Assembly: GCA_964016885.1 (NCBI GenBank)
Contig: OZ024740.1
Coordinates: 40,424,001-40,488,000 of the forward strand
DNA: 64,000 bases
Direction: 5' to 3'
Origin: Eledone cirrhosa
Lineage: Eukaryota
How positions within the stretch are numbered: the first letter of the stretch is position 1; the number at the start of each line of letters is the position of its first letter. Position numbers and translations under genes: made by a program. Below, piece by piece: positions 1 through 12,198 of the stretch. The notes beneath the pieces were generated by a model. That model had not been told where the DNA came from. It did not search any database and worked only from the letters and a program-made list of their open reading frames with translations.

Positions 1-41
1 TTTGAGAACAAGTTTCCAACCATTGATGCAGGCATGGCCAA
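1..41 (-). CDS. RNF185: RNF185/RNF5-like RING E3 ubiquitin ligase, coding exon 2 (runs off the window start)
   Basis: Minus strand reads ttgtatgtttgttttAG|T TGG CCA TGC CTG CAT CAA TGG TTG GAA ACT TGT TCT CAA = (C)WPCLHQWLETCSQ. It has a polypyrimidine tract plus AG acceptor (43-42), and the phase matches the donor at 46536. Confidence 0.92.
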   Translation of the reverse strand, partial: MAMPASMVGNLFS

Positions 42-118
42 CTAAAACAAACATACAAACACAAATCAATAAATAATTTTTTTTAAATAATTATATTGAC
101 ACTGTATTACTGTATGGT

Positions 119-300
119 CCAAATATCTGCATACACCCACTCATATATAGTCAAATATCTGTATACACCCACTCATATATAGTCAAATATCTGTATACAC
201 CCACTCATATATAGTCAAATACCTGTATACACCCACTCATATATAGTCAAATACCTGTATATACCTACTCATAGTCAAATATTTGTATACACCCACATAT
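119..300. repeat. ~30-bp minisatellite (caaatatctgtatacacccactcatatatagt)n, segment 1
   Basis: About 6 tandem units. The same array resumes at 4287-4443 and 6826-6860, split by two RTE insertions. Confidence 0.9.
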
Positions 301-3300
301 CATCATCATCATCATCATCTTCGTTTAACGTCCACTTTCCACGCTAGCATGGGTTAGACGGGAGTTGTCCCACTTGAGGCAAGGTTGGTCGGGTGACCGT
401 GTCTCGCTCATATAGGACTAGCTGGCAGGTTTTCTACGGCTGGATGTCCTTCCTAACACCAACCACATTTACAGTGTGGAACTGGGAACTTTTTACCGTG
501 TTACCTACATGGCCACATTACAGCGTGGAATGTGTGTTTTTTTTTCTCGTGACACAATCTCGATCTCATTTATCTCATTTATTTGGACTGGATGTTGTAG
601 TACCAACTTTATAGAGAGAGGGTGGTGTTGGTTTGAGTGGGAGGATAGGGTAGGGGTAGTGGATTGGAGTGTATTTGGTTAAGAGGTGCCTACTGACTGT
701 AGGTTTCGCTGTGTACATAGGCAAGGCGGGTCTTCTGTATTACTGCGTAGCGCCAAAGATCTCGGTCCAGTGACATTGTCTTAGAGAGGTGCAAGTGTGT
801 AAGGTCAGAATTTATCAGATCGTCCCAGGTTTTTCTGGGCCTACCTACTCCGTAACTACCATCAATTTTGATCGCCCTGTACTTTTTTATACAGCTGTCG
901 CGGCCATACCAACGTAGTCTTCTCTCGAGTAAACAGCATCTGATCCCTCTTATTCCTAATTTTTCACTTAGTTCATTTATGCTTTGCCATTCACGTATAT
1001 TACTATTACACATCTAACGGAGCATGCATGCTTCGTTCCTTTCCAGTCTACGCAGGTCCTCTGCACGCAATGCCCATGTCTCACTGCCATGTAGCATTGC
1101 TGTTCGTATACAAGCATCATACAATCTGCCTTACATTTTTAGAGGGAAACCTTTTGTGGCCAACAGCGGTATAAGCTTTCTGAACATTTTCCATCCCGTT
1201 CTGACTCTGGCTACTGTACTTTCAGAACACCCTTCACCACTGCTGATTTCGTCACCCAGGTAACAGAAAGTGTCTACTATTTCTACAGAACCATTTGGGC
1301 AATAGAAGGGGCTAGTATCCTGTGGACACTTGCTACCTATTGCACCTGAGCATTGGCCACATATAAAGTCTACGTTCTTAGATAGTTTACCTGTGATCCC
1401 ACTACATCTTTTATCTACCCATACTTTGCATTTGGGACATAAAATTGAATTTCTGCCTACTCCTTTCCTACACACTGAGCAAGGCCATTTCCCTGAGGGT
1501 ACCTGTGCCTTATTTTCCTTTCTACAAACTAGGACTTTAGTCTTAGACAAGTTAACTTTAAGGCCTTTTGATTCTAGGCCATGCTTCCATGTTTGGAATT
1601 TCTTCTCTAGTTCGGTCATTGATTCAGCTATGAGCGTTAGATCATCTGCGTATAGGAGTTCCGATGGGCAGCCGGTCTTGAACTCCTCTGTTATAGCCTG
1701 AAGGGCAATAATAAATAGGAAGGGGCTAAGGACAGAGCCTTGGTGAACACCAACTTTTACACTAAATTCTTCACAATATTCATTGTTAATTCTAACCTTA
1801 CTAACTGTTTCATTATACATAGCTTGTATAGCTCTCACAAGCCATTCATCTACACCTAGTTTTCTAAGAGCCCACCAGATAATGGAGCGGGGGACTCTGT
1901 CAAAGGCTTTCTCTAGAGCATCTCCTTTACCCTTGTCGCAGTTAATGATGCTGCTACTACGCCAGTCTTTTGGTATGACCCCATTCTGTATTACTTGGTT
2001 AACTATACGGGTGACCATAGTATGTCCCACCATTCCAGATGCCTTCAACATCTCAGCAACTATCTCCGAAGGCCCAGCTGCCTTACTTATTATACTACCT
2101 TTAACTTGCACTGCTGGTCCTTCTATTGGATCGATTTGGGGCAGACTATCTTTTTCCCACTTATTCTCCTCATTTAATAGTCTCTCGTAGTGACACTTCC
2201 AGGCTATCTTCTTATCAGCATCAGTGAGGGCAAGTACACCGTTATCATTACGGACACACTTCTCCCTGACAATATTACGGTTTTCCTTGACACATTGTCG
2301 AACAATCCTGAACACCTCGCGTTTTTGGTCCTCGCGTTGTAGAACATGCTTGAACTTTCTGTCCTCTGCTTCCCTTTTTGCAAGGTACACTTGTCTCCTA
2401 GCTTTTCTCCTGACCACTTGATAGTGCTCTCTACTTTCCCCATCCTGCCATACTTTCCAAACCTGCTTTTTGGCCTTGATTGTCTCTTCTACCTTACTGT
2501 TCCACCACCAATTTTCTCTCCTCCTGCCAATAGGTCTGCTCCAGTCACAGATTTCATCCGTTGCTTTCAACAGGTTCACTTTCAAGAATTGCCACTGTTC
2601 AGCTATATCACACGTCTCTAATTGCTCTTCCTTATTGTCAAAGGCATCAAGTAATAAGCTTTTAAATTTGTCACTGGCTATGGGGTCCTTCAACTTCCAT
2701 ATTCTTCTCCTCAAGGTAGGCTTCCTCTGTCATCGAGTACGTCTATTTCTGACTGTGAGGTCACTAACTACTAGGCTATGTTTGGAGGTGCATTCTTCAT
2801 GGGGGAGGGATTTAGTGTTTACAAGACACTTTGTCCCGTCTTCTAGTAAGGATATAATCTATCTGGCTGGCGTGTTCCCCTGATCTATAGGTGATCAAGT
2901 GGTTTTCACGTTTTTTGAAGTTTGTGTTACAGATAGTTAGGTTATTGGCGTCACAGAATTCCAGGATTCTGAAGCCTTCCTCATTTCTATTTCCAACCCC
3001 ATAGCCTCCATGGATTCCATCATAGCCATCACTATGTTGTCAAACTTGACGGTTTAGATCGTCAGCAATAATTAGGTAGTCGCTGTCAGTTATTTGGGAG
3101 GTAGTGTGCATTAGCGTCGCATAGAACCTGTCCTTTATAACGTCAAGTAGACCAGATTGGGGTGCATAAGCGGATATTATTGTCACAGTAGTTTTATTTA
3201 GAACTAGCCTTATTTTAATTATTCTGCAATTTACTCTATTTACGTCAATTGCGTTATCTACCCATTTTTCAGCTAACATAATAATTCCTACTCCACCCAG

Positions 3301-4286
3301 TCCGTTGTCGTTTCCCACCCAGAAAAGTTTATAGCATTATAGCATCGTTTTTTACCCACGATGAATCTGGCAGACCACTCTCTCCACCTAGTCTCTTGAA
3401 TACAACAAACATCAACTTCTTTACGTTCAAGCATCTCTACAACCTCATTTGAGCGACCTTTCAATGTGCCTACATTCATGGTACCAACTCTGAAGTTGGG
3501 AGGGTGGGATGGATGGGTTGGAGGGGGGGGGGGGGGGGGGGGGGGGGTAGGTAGGAGACGGAATTTTGTTGGTCATCCGTGTCTGAAATAAAGAGGGGTC
3601 CTTGTATTCTCGTCTTGCAGCGGGAGGTGAATTTATCTTTATCTGTGACATTGTCATTGAGTGCTTGGACTTTTCAAATTTCCGCAATCAACCCATCAAA
3701 CAGGTCTAAACTTAAGTAGTAACCGAGGTGGTAGCTTTGCTATACTGATTTGTTAGAGAACTTACTAAAGCCGCTGAGTTCTGATTGGACCATATAGCAA
3801 TGGTGGTGAGTGGGGGCGGGTAGGCGGGAAATGGGTAACTTTAGGAGAAAGTTAGTTTTTAGGAAGGGTCCAACAGATTGAGACATATTAAAAACATGTA
3901 AAATAAATAATTGAAAATCAGAGAGGAAAACGGAGAATTTGAATTTTAGACTGGCATAACTAAGAGTTTAAAACACTGCTTATTTAGAAGACTACGGATA
4001 GAAGAAAAGACAAGTATTGCTTACATTCTCAAAATCGACAGATCGCCTGTAAGATAGATTAGATAGATAAATTCTGTCCTTGGGACTAGCAAGATTTATT
4101 TTATACTTGCGATCAGGCGGGGGGGGGGGGGGGTATGAGAGAAGGAGCAAAGTGTTTACAAGTAGGGAGCGAGATGCAGGAAGGTTCTAGAATAATTATT
4201 CAATAACAATACTAGAAGGTTAGTTTTTAGGAAGGGTCCAACAGATTGAGACATATTAAAAACATGTAAAATAAATAATTGAAAAT
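301..4286 (-). mobile_element. RTE-clade LINE (PHD-RT family), near full length, degenerate
   Basis: APE endonuclease fragments (GTMNVGTL, CCIQETRW, AYAPQ, DDLN; 3040-3490), RT (KAFD, HQGSVLSP, YADD; 1131-2714), RTE C-terminal GRPRKTW, and a (GAT)n 3' tail at 301-320. Stops, frameshifts and deletions present. Confidence 0.92.
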
Positions 4287-4443
4287 ATATATAGTCAAAT
4301 ACCTGTATACACCCACTCATATATAGTCAAATATCTGTATATACCTACTCATAGTCAAATATCTGTATATACCTACTCATATATGGTTAAATATCTGTAT
4401 ACACCCACTCATATATAGTTAAATATCTGTATACACCCACTCA
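4287..4443. repeat. ~30-bp minisatellite, segment 2
   Basis: Same unit as 119-300, about 5 copies. Confidence 0.9.
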
Positions 4444-6825
4444 TCATCATCATCATCAGGTTTAGCGTCCGTGTTCCACGCTTGCATGGGTTTGGACGGG
4501 GGTTTTCCCACTTGAGGCAAGGGTGGTTGTCTTGCTCGCATAGGACTGTCTGGCGGGTTTTCTACAGTTGGATGCCCTTCCTAACACCAACCACATTTAC
4601 AGTGTGGGGCTGGGAGGTTTTTACTGTGTTGCCTACACGGCCACATTACAGCGTGGACTGTCTGGCGGGTTTTCTACAGCTGGATGCCCTTCCTAACACC
4701 AACCACATTTACAGTGTGGGGCTGGGAGGTTTTTACCGTGTTGCCTACACGGCCACATTTACAGCGTGGACTGTGTGTTTTTTTGTCGTGACACCTACAC
4801 GATCTCATTTGTTTCGGCCTGGATGTTGTGGGACCAACATAACTTTACATTGAAAGGGGCGGTGTGGATGGGGTGGAGGTGGTGGGACGGGGGTGTGTTT
4901 TGATAGAGATGCCTACTGACTATAGTAGGTTTTTACTTTGTATTTAGGTAAGGCGGGTCTTCTCTATTACTGAGTACCGCCAAAGGTCTCGGTCCAGTGA
5001 CATTGTCTTGGTGAGGTGTAAGCGTGTGAGGTCGGAATTTATCAGCTCGTCCCATGTTTTTCTGGGTCTGCCTACTCCGTGGCTACCGTCTATCTTTATT
5101 GCCCTGCACTTTGTTATACAGCTTTGCCCTGCACTTTGTTATACAGCTGTCGTCTTTCATGCGCATCACGTGACCGTACCAACGTAGCCTTCTCTCGAGT
5201 AAACAACATCTGATCCCTCTTATTTCTAATTTTTTCCTTAGTTCGTTTATGCTTTGCCGTTCACGTATATTACTATTGCACATCCAGCGGAGCATGCAAG
5301 CTTCGTTCCTCTCTAGTCTGCGTATATCCTCTGCACACAATGCCCAGGTCTCACTGCCATGCAGCATTGCTGTTCGTATGCAGGCATCGTATAACCTGCC
5401 TTTCATTTTTAGGGAGAACCCTCTAGCGGCTAATAGTGGTATAAGCTCTTTGAACTTTTTCCATCCAGTTCTGACTCTAGCTACTGTACTTTCAGAGCAC
5501 CCTCCCCCACTGCTGATTTTGTCACCCAGGTAACGGAAGCTGTCCACTATTTCTATAGAACCCTCTGCGCAGTTGAAGGAGCTAGTATTTTGTGGGCACT
5601 TGCTGCTACTTATTGCACCAGAGCACCGGCCACATGTAAAATCTATGTTCTTAGTTAGCTTACCTGTGATCCCACTACATATTTTATGCACCCATACTTT
5701 GCATTTGGGACATAAAATGGAGTTTCTACCTACGCCTTTCCTACACACTGAGCATGGCCATTTCCCAGATGGGACTGCCGCCTTATTTTCTTTCCTACAA
5801 ACTAGAACTTTAGTCTTAGCCAGGTTAATTTTAAGGCCTTTTGATTCTAGGCCGTGCTTCCATGTTTGGAATTTCTTCTCTAGTTCGGTCATTGATTCAG
5901 CTATGAGCGTTAGATCATCTGCGTATAGGAGTTCCCATGGGCAGCCGGTCTTGAACTCCTCTGTTATAGCCTGAAGGGCAATAATAAATAGTAGGGGGCT
6001 AAGAACAGAGCCCTGATGGACACCAACTTTTACGCTAAACTCTTCACTATATTCGTTGTTAATTCTAACCTTACTGACTGTTTCTTTATACATGGCTTGT
6101 ACAGCTCTCACAAGCCATTCGTCAACACCTAGTTTTCTAAGAGACCACCAGATAATGGAACGGGGGACTCTGTCGAAGGCTTTCTCCAAGTCGACGAAAG
6201 CTAAGTATAGGGGTTTACTTTTAGCTAGGTACTTCTCCTGTAGTTGTCGTACAATGAAAAGAGCGTCTGTGGTACTTTTGCCTGACACAAACCCGAACTG
6301 CATTTCATCTAGATCAATTCTCTCTCTGATTAGTTGCGCTATTACTTTTTCCGTGACCTTCATGACCTGGTCGATTAATTTAATGCCTCTATAGTTACTC
6401 CTATCTAGGGCATCTCCTTTTCCCTTATAACAGTTAACGATGATGCTGCTACGCCAGTCCTTCGGAACAACCCCATTCTGTACGACTTGGTTAACTATCC
6501 GGGTGACCATGGTGTGTCCCACTGAACCAGATGCCTTCAGCATCTCAGCAACTATTTCCGAAGGACCAGCCGCCTTACCCGTCTTCATATCTTTGATTGC
6601 CTTGCTTATTGTACTACCCTGGACTAACACTGCTGGTCCCTCTATTGGGTCGATGTGGGGGAGACTGTCTTTCTCCCATTTGTTCTCCTCATTTAGAAGC
6701 CTTTCGTAGTGACACTTCCAAGCTACCTTCTTAGCGTCGGTGATGGCAAGTATGCCATCATCGTTAAGTACACACTTCTCTCCGACAATATCACGGTTTT
6801 CCTTGACACATTGCCTGGCAATCCT
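4442..6825 (-). mobile_element. RTE-clade LINE (PHD-RT family), 5'-truncated
   Basis: Open RT frame 5083-~6825 (NYRGIKL, QFGF, VDLEKAFD, YADD, PHD finger) and (GAT)n tail at 4442-4458. TSD-like tacac(c/t)cactcat at both ends. Internal tandem duplications at ~4545-4760 and 5099-5147. Confidence 0.93.
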
Positions 6826-7632
6826 ACACTCACTCATATATAGTCCAAATACCTTTATACAAAAACTAAACCTCACAATAAAAATGATAAAAGACTGCAA
6901 GGATTGGGGCTATGTTGTGCTGGTGAGGACCTGGCCTACAGCTGACAATGTGGCCTGATTTATCCATGTCCACCCCGTACCTATTTTGCTACTGCCCCCT
7001 CAAAAGCCACAAGACTCTCTCACTATTGTACTCTAGTAGCCACTCTCATTAACTCTTATGCACCCCACCCATGCCCCCTATGTATTCATCCATTAGCTGA
7101 TGTCTTCTCCCCACCAAAAAACCCTTTAGATGCCCTCACTATCGCACCCTAGTAGCTACTCTCTGCCTCTCACCAATGCCCCCTCCATTATCACCCCTTA
7201 GCTATTCTTTCCATCCGTTTATGGCAGAGAGTTCTCATCACCATAAAAAAGGGGGAGAGATCAGTCGTGCCACAGTATGGCTAACTCTCTAGTGTTGGTG
7301 ATCTACACGATAAATGCACATAGTACATGCTGTAAAGTGGTTTGGGAGGACCCTTCAGTTGTGTCAAATACATAACAACCACTCTTGCACTTGGTAGAAC
7401 ACAAGATCATATGTAAACAAGATGCAGATTCCTGGCCTATATGGGAGGTCAGTAGCCCAGCTTTAGTACTGACTTGGTCTATGTAGACCCATCCAACCCT
7501 TTCTAGCAGGGAAAATAGATGTTAAAACAATGATGATGGTGATGATGATTCCTTCATATATATAGTCCAAATTAACCCTTTTGTGACCATATTTCTAACA
7601 AGATTATACTGCTTTTGTGTTTTAACCATTAA

Positions 7633-7850
7633 CCCTTTAGCATTTAAACCGGCCATACCCGACAAGAATTCTCTCACCTCTTTCTGTTCAAACCAGTCGT
7701 AACCAGCCACTCATACTGATGTTAAGTTATTGTTCTCAAAATAGATATCAAAATTTCATAGATTTGATATTATGTGAGATAATTATGTGAAGTAAAGCCT
7801 TTACTGTGAAAATATAATAGTAAATATAGAGTAATGTGAATGCTAAAGGG
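7633..7850. mobile_element. piggyBac-type MITE
   Basis: TTAA|CCCTTTAGCATT...AATGCTAAAGGG|TTAA terminal inverted repeats. A second copy is at 22770-22978. It lies just inside a different TTAA|CCCTTTTGTGACCATATTTCT terminus at 7576. Confidence 0.85.
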
Positions 7851-8415
7851 TTAAAGTAATCAGAAGTTGAGTGAAATAAATATCTTTTGACTTAATAAAA
7901 GTCGAATATTTAACTATTCAAATTTAATATTATCTAGAATGTAGTAATGAAATTTTAAGCAAAGATTTGAATATAAATTTTAACACCTTCATAGACATAG
8001 TTTTGGACAGGCTAGTGTTTAACATTTAACATCCTATACATGAAACAGCATTATTAAGACATTCTTGAAAAGTATAAAATAGCTCTATGACTTCATTACA
8101 TTAAAAATTAGACTTTAATACTGAAAATGTTCACCACAATCTGTCCGTAATTAACGATACAAAAATTTGAATTAACAAACCTGTTTTTAGATGCTTTCTG
8201 CTACTTTACTACAGGATGTTAAAAGTTAAACATGTATATACTTTATTTTTCGGAATTAAAAATCAAAGTCTTTAGTCAAATTAAAAATCAAAGTCTTTAG
8301 TCAAATACAGTAGTAAAGACAGTATAGACATTTGAATTAACAGACCTGTTTTTAGATGTTTTCTGCTAAATCATTACAGGATGTTAAGAGTTTAAGGAAT
8401 AAAAGAACTATATAT

Positions 8416-8603
8416 AATTGTTTCTACTTTTGGCACAAGGCCAGAAATTACCCAGTGTATGACTGGTACTTTATTTTATCGACCCTGTAAGGATGAAAGG
8501 CAAAGTTAACCACAGCGGGATTTGAACTCAGATCATAAAGGGAAATAACTCTATACTTCAAAGCATGGCGTCCGACCCTCTACCGATACTGCCAATCCAC
8601 CAC
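8416..8603 (-). mobile_element. tRNA-derived SINE (Meta-domain-like core)
   Basis: Reverse complement of the SINE at 11016 and 43217: A box TGGCAGTATCGG, B box GAGTTCAAATC, core GCCTTTCATCCTTAC.GGGTCGATAAAATAAAGTACCAG. Confidence 0.85.
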
Positions 8604-8666
8604 AATGTTACATTTCATTACCTATAACAAGAAATAGAGAGGAAAATATACTTATTAGAAGTTAAG

Positions 8667-8895
8667 TTCACCAGAAAGTTCTGATGAGAGACAATGCAAA
8701 TATCTCAATGGTTGTAGTGGTTAATTTTGGGGTTTAGAATGGAGGTTAGATTTACCAGAAAGTTCTGATGAGAGACAATACAAATATCTCAATGGTTGTA
8801 GTGGTTAATTTTGGGGTTTAGAATGGAGGTTAGATTCACCAGAAAGTTCTGATGAGAAACAATACAAATATCTCAATGGTTGTAGTGGTTAATTT
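8667..8895. repeat. 84-bp tandem repeat, about 2.7 copies
   Basis: caccagaaagttctgatgagagacaat...gaatggaggttagatt repeated directly. Confidence 0.85.
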
Positions 8896-8983
8896 TTCAG
8901 TAAAGTCATCTGGCTATTTCTTCAGAGAAGGAAATAATCAAAGAACAAAATAACAGTTTTAATTTATATCAATCTACACTCTT

Positions 8984-10602
8984 TTGTCGACTTGGAGAAA
9001 GCCTTCGACAGAGTCCCCCGTTCCATTATCTGGTGGTCTCTTAGAAAACTAGGTGTTGATGAATGGCTTGTGAGAGCTATACAAGCCATGTATAAAGAAA
9101 CAGTCAGCAAGGTTAGAATTAACAACGAATATAGTGAAGAGTTTAGCGTAAAAGTTGGTGTTCATCAGGGCTCCGTTCTTAGCCCCCTACTATTTATTAT
9201 TGCTCTTCAGGCTATAACAGTGGAGTTCAAGACCGGCTGACCATGGAAACTCCTATACGCAGATGATCTAACGCTCATAGCTGAATCAATGGCTGAACTA
9301 GAGAAGAAATTTCAAACATGGAAGCATGGCCTAGATCCAAAAGGCCTTAAAATTAACCTGTCTAAGACTAAAGTTCTAGTTTGTAGGAAGGAAAATAGGG
9401 CACCGGTCCCATCCGGGAAATGGCCATGCTCAGTGTGTAGGAAAGGAGTAGGTAGAAACTCGATTTTATGTCCCAAATGCAAAGTATGGGTGCATAAAAG
9501 ATGTAGTGGGATCACAGGTAAGCTAACTAAGAACATAGATTTTATATGTGGCCGGTGCTCTGGTGCAATAAGTAGCAGCAAGTGCCCACAAAATACTAGC
9601 TCTTTCAACTGCGCAGATGGTTCTATAGAAATAGTGGACAGCTTCCGTTACCTGGGTGACAAAATCAGCAGTGGGGGAGGGTGCTCTGAAAGTACAGTAG
9701 CTAGAGTCAGAACTGGATGGAAAAAGTTCAGAGAGCTTATACCACTATTAGCCGCTAAAGGGTTCTCCCTAAAAATGAAAGGCAGGCTGTATGATGCCTG
9801 CATATGAACAGCAATGTTACATGGCAGTGAGACCTGGGCATTGTGTGCAGAGGATATATGCAGACTGGAGAGGAACGAAGCTTGCATGCTCCGCTGGATG
9901 TGTAATAGTAATATACGTGAACGGCAAAGCATAAATGAACTAAGGGAGAAATTAGAAATAAGAGGGATCAGATGTTGTTTACTCGAGAGAAGAATACGTT
10001 GGTATGGTCACGTGATGCGCATGAAAGACGACAGCTGTATAAAAAAGTGCAGGGCAATAAAAGTAGACGGTAGCCACGGAGTAGGCAGACCCAGAAAAAC
10101 CTGGGACGACTTGATAAATTCCGACCTCACACACTTACACCTCTCCAAGACAATGTCACTGGACCGAGATCTTTGGCGCTACACAGTAATAGAGAAGACC
10201 CGCCTTACCTAAGTACAAAGTGAAACCTACTACAGTTAGTAGGCACCTCTAACAAAATACACCCCCGTCCCACTACCCCCACCCCATCCACACCACCCCT
10301 TTCGATGTAAAGTTATGTTGGTACTACAACATCCAGTCCGAAACATTTGAGGTCATGTAGGTGTCATGACAAAAAAACACACAGTCCACGCTGTAATGTG
10401 GCCGTGTAGGTAACACGGTAAAAACCTCCCAGTCCACACTGTAACGTGGTTGGTGTTAGGAAGGGCATCCAGCCGTAGAAAACCCGCCAGACAGTCCTAT
10501 GCGAGCAAGACAACCACTCTTGCCTCAAGTGGGAAAACTCCCGTCCAAACCCATGCAAGCGTAGAAGATGGACGTTAAACGATGATGATGATGATGATGA
10601 TG
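8984..10602 (+). mobile_element. RTE-clade LINE (PHD-RT family), 5'-truncated
   Basis: Starts at FVDLEKAFD, with YADD, PHD finger 9421-9560, GRPRKTW, two premature TGA stops and a (GAT)n tail at 10581-10602. Confidence 0.93.
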
Positions 10603-11015
10603 ACTCTACTATACTGTCATCAAGAAACTCAATCTACACACCTACCCACACATACAACCTCCACTATATTTACACACACTTACAACCACTTATAATCTCC
10701 ACACATCCACTCACCCAACCTCTACTTCATCTCCATAATCACACACACTTACAACCTCCACACCCACACAACACCCACGCACCATCACACAATCTATTCC
10801 TAATTAGACTGTCTACAATACACCACACTTAACTGTATTAGACTGTCTACTAACTCCACTAAAACTTTGGTTATTGCAATCCACCCACTCTTTGGACATG
10901 AGAAATATTACTAAGACCCAGCAATATTATATAACTATCATAACTAACACCCAGCCATATTATATAATTATTATAACTACTATATTACTAACACCCTGCT
11001 AATATTAAATTAACA

Positions 11016-11203
11016 GGGCGGTGGATTGGCAGTATCGGTAGAGGATCGGACGCCATGCTTTGACGCATAGAGTTACGGCCCTTGTCATTCTGAGTTCAAA
11101 TCCCGCTAAGGTTAACCTTGCCTTTCATCCTTACGGGGTCGATAAAATAAAGTACCAGTAATGTACTGGGTATTTGCTGGCCTTATGCCAATAGTAGAAA
11201 CAA
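11016..11203 (+). mobile_element. tRNA-derived SINE
   Basis: GGCGGTGGATTGGCAGTATCGG A box, GAGTTCAAATC B box, conserved core, 3' end GTAGAAACAA. Confidence 0.87.
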
Positions 11204-11534
11204 ATATTAAATTAACAGCCTAATAGCCAGCAAAATTTTTAAGTAACTGTCAACCACTTTCTTGTGAAAATAAATTTATACTTCACATATATACATTGAA
11301 TGCTTTCTCAAGGTTTTAATGTACATCTACTCTCAGGTCTTGACTAATCACTCCCACCCTCATTAATTTTTCAGATTATTCCCCCCGCTGCCACTTATTA
11401 AATTTTGATAATCAATCCCTGGCAAAATTTTATTGTAAGTGATTCATATTGATACAGCAACTGGAGAATCTAATTTTATTTTACATTTAAAAAAATTACA
11501 AAAAATCTCATATTTACAAACGTACACTATACAA

Positions 11535-11565
<31 letters not shown>

Positions 11566-11570
11566 CATAC

Positions 11571-12180
11571 ATGGTGGCTGCCAACTCGTTTTCGAGTACG
11601 GCCACTACTTTATATCCATGTAGGAGAACCCTTACCGATGCAATGAACGAGTGTGACTTTTAGTCCAGCCAGCGACTTGAAAACTCTGGTACAAACACTA
11701 CACTTGTGACAATTATTGACACATAGTGCTGGGCCCATGGTACCATGTGACGACAAGTGCAGAGAGATCTCCAGATATAAAGCAATGCCTGTGCCGTGAA
11801 GCTTTTATAGTGAACAAAGGCACTGCACAAAGCCAGTCCCACTCTCTTAACCAAGATGATATTTACCAAAAAGAAGAACAAGTCAACATCATTGGATACC
11901 ATCAGAGTTGCAGGTGTTATATCAGAGTTTTCCTTCTCCTAAAATTCTACCTTGACAAAGGCTAAGGGGTCATCTCTCCCGGTGATTTTGGATGGCCATT
12001 GACTCTTAAGAGCTCCTTTGCCCTTTGACAGGTTTTGTTTTTCGTCCTGCACGATGTCCAAAGTCACCCTCCTCACCAAGAAACCTTGGTGGGGTTGCCA
12101 GTTTAGTCGCCAACGACCCGACCATGAGACAGGTTGTACTGGGATACATGTTACCAGTAGCACCAACTGGTGACCTGACA
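11571..12180 (-). mobile_element. ~610-bp non-autonomous RTE-derived retroelement, copy 1 (full length)
   Basis: Five near-identical copies in the window, with an (ATGT)n 3' tail. The 3' terminus and a C2H2 remnant resemble the RTE at 62185-64000. No pol III A/B boxes seen. Confidence 0.85.
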
Positions 12181-12198
12181 TACATACATACATACATA

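Noticed and set aside
6826-6900. Signal-peptide-like start MQSFIIFIVRFSF of the 605-aa RT ORF (possible domestication)
   Set aside because: Derived from flanking DNA and a minisatellite unit fused by chance to a 5'-truncated LINE; the C-terminus is frameshifted.
8667-8895. Hammerhead ribozyme in the 84-bp repeat (CTGATGA followed by a GAGA/TCTC stem)
   Set aside because: The required GAAA after stem II is absent (TCTC is followed by AATGG), and no convincing stems I/III are present.
11016-11110. tRNA genes at A/B-box sequences
   Set aside because: They are heads of a repeated SINE that continue into a shared core and tail.
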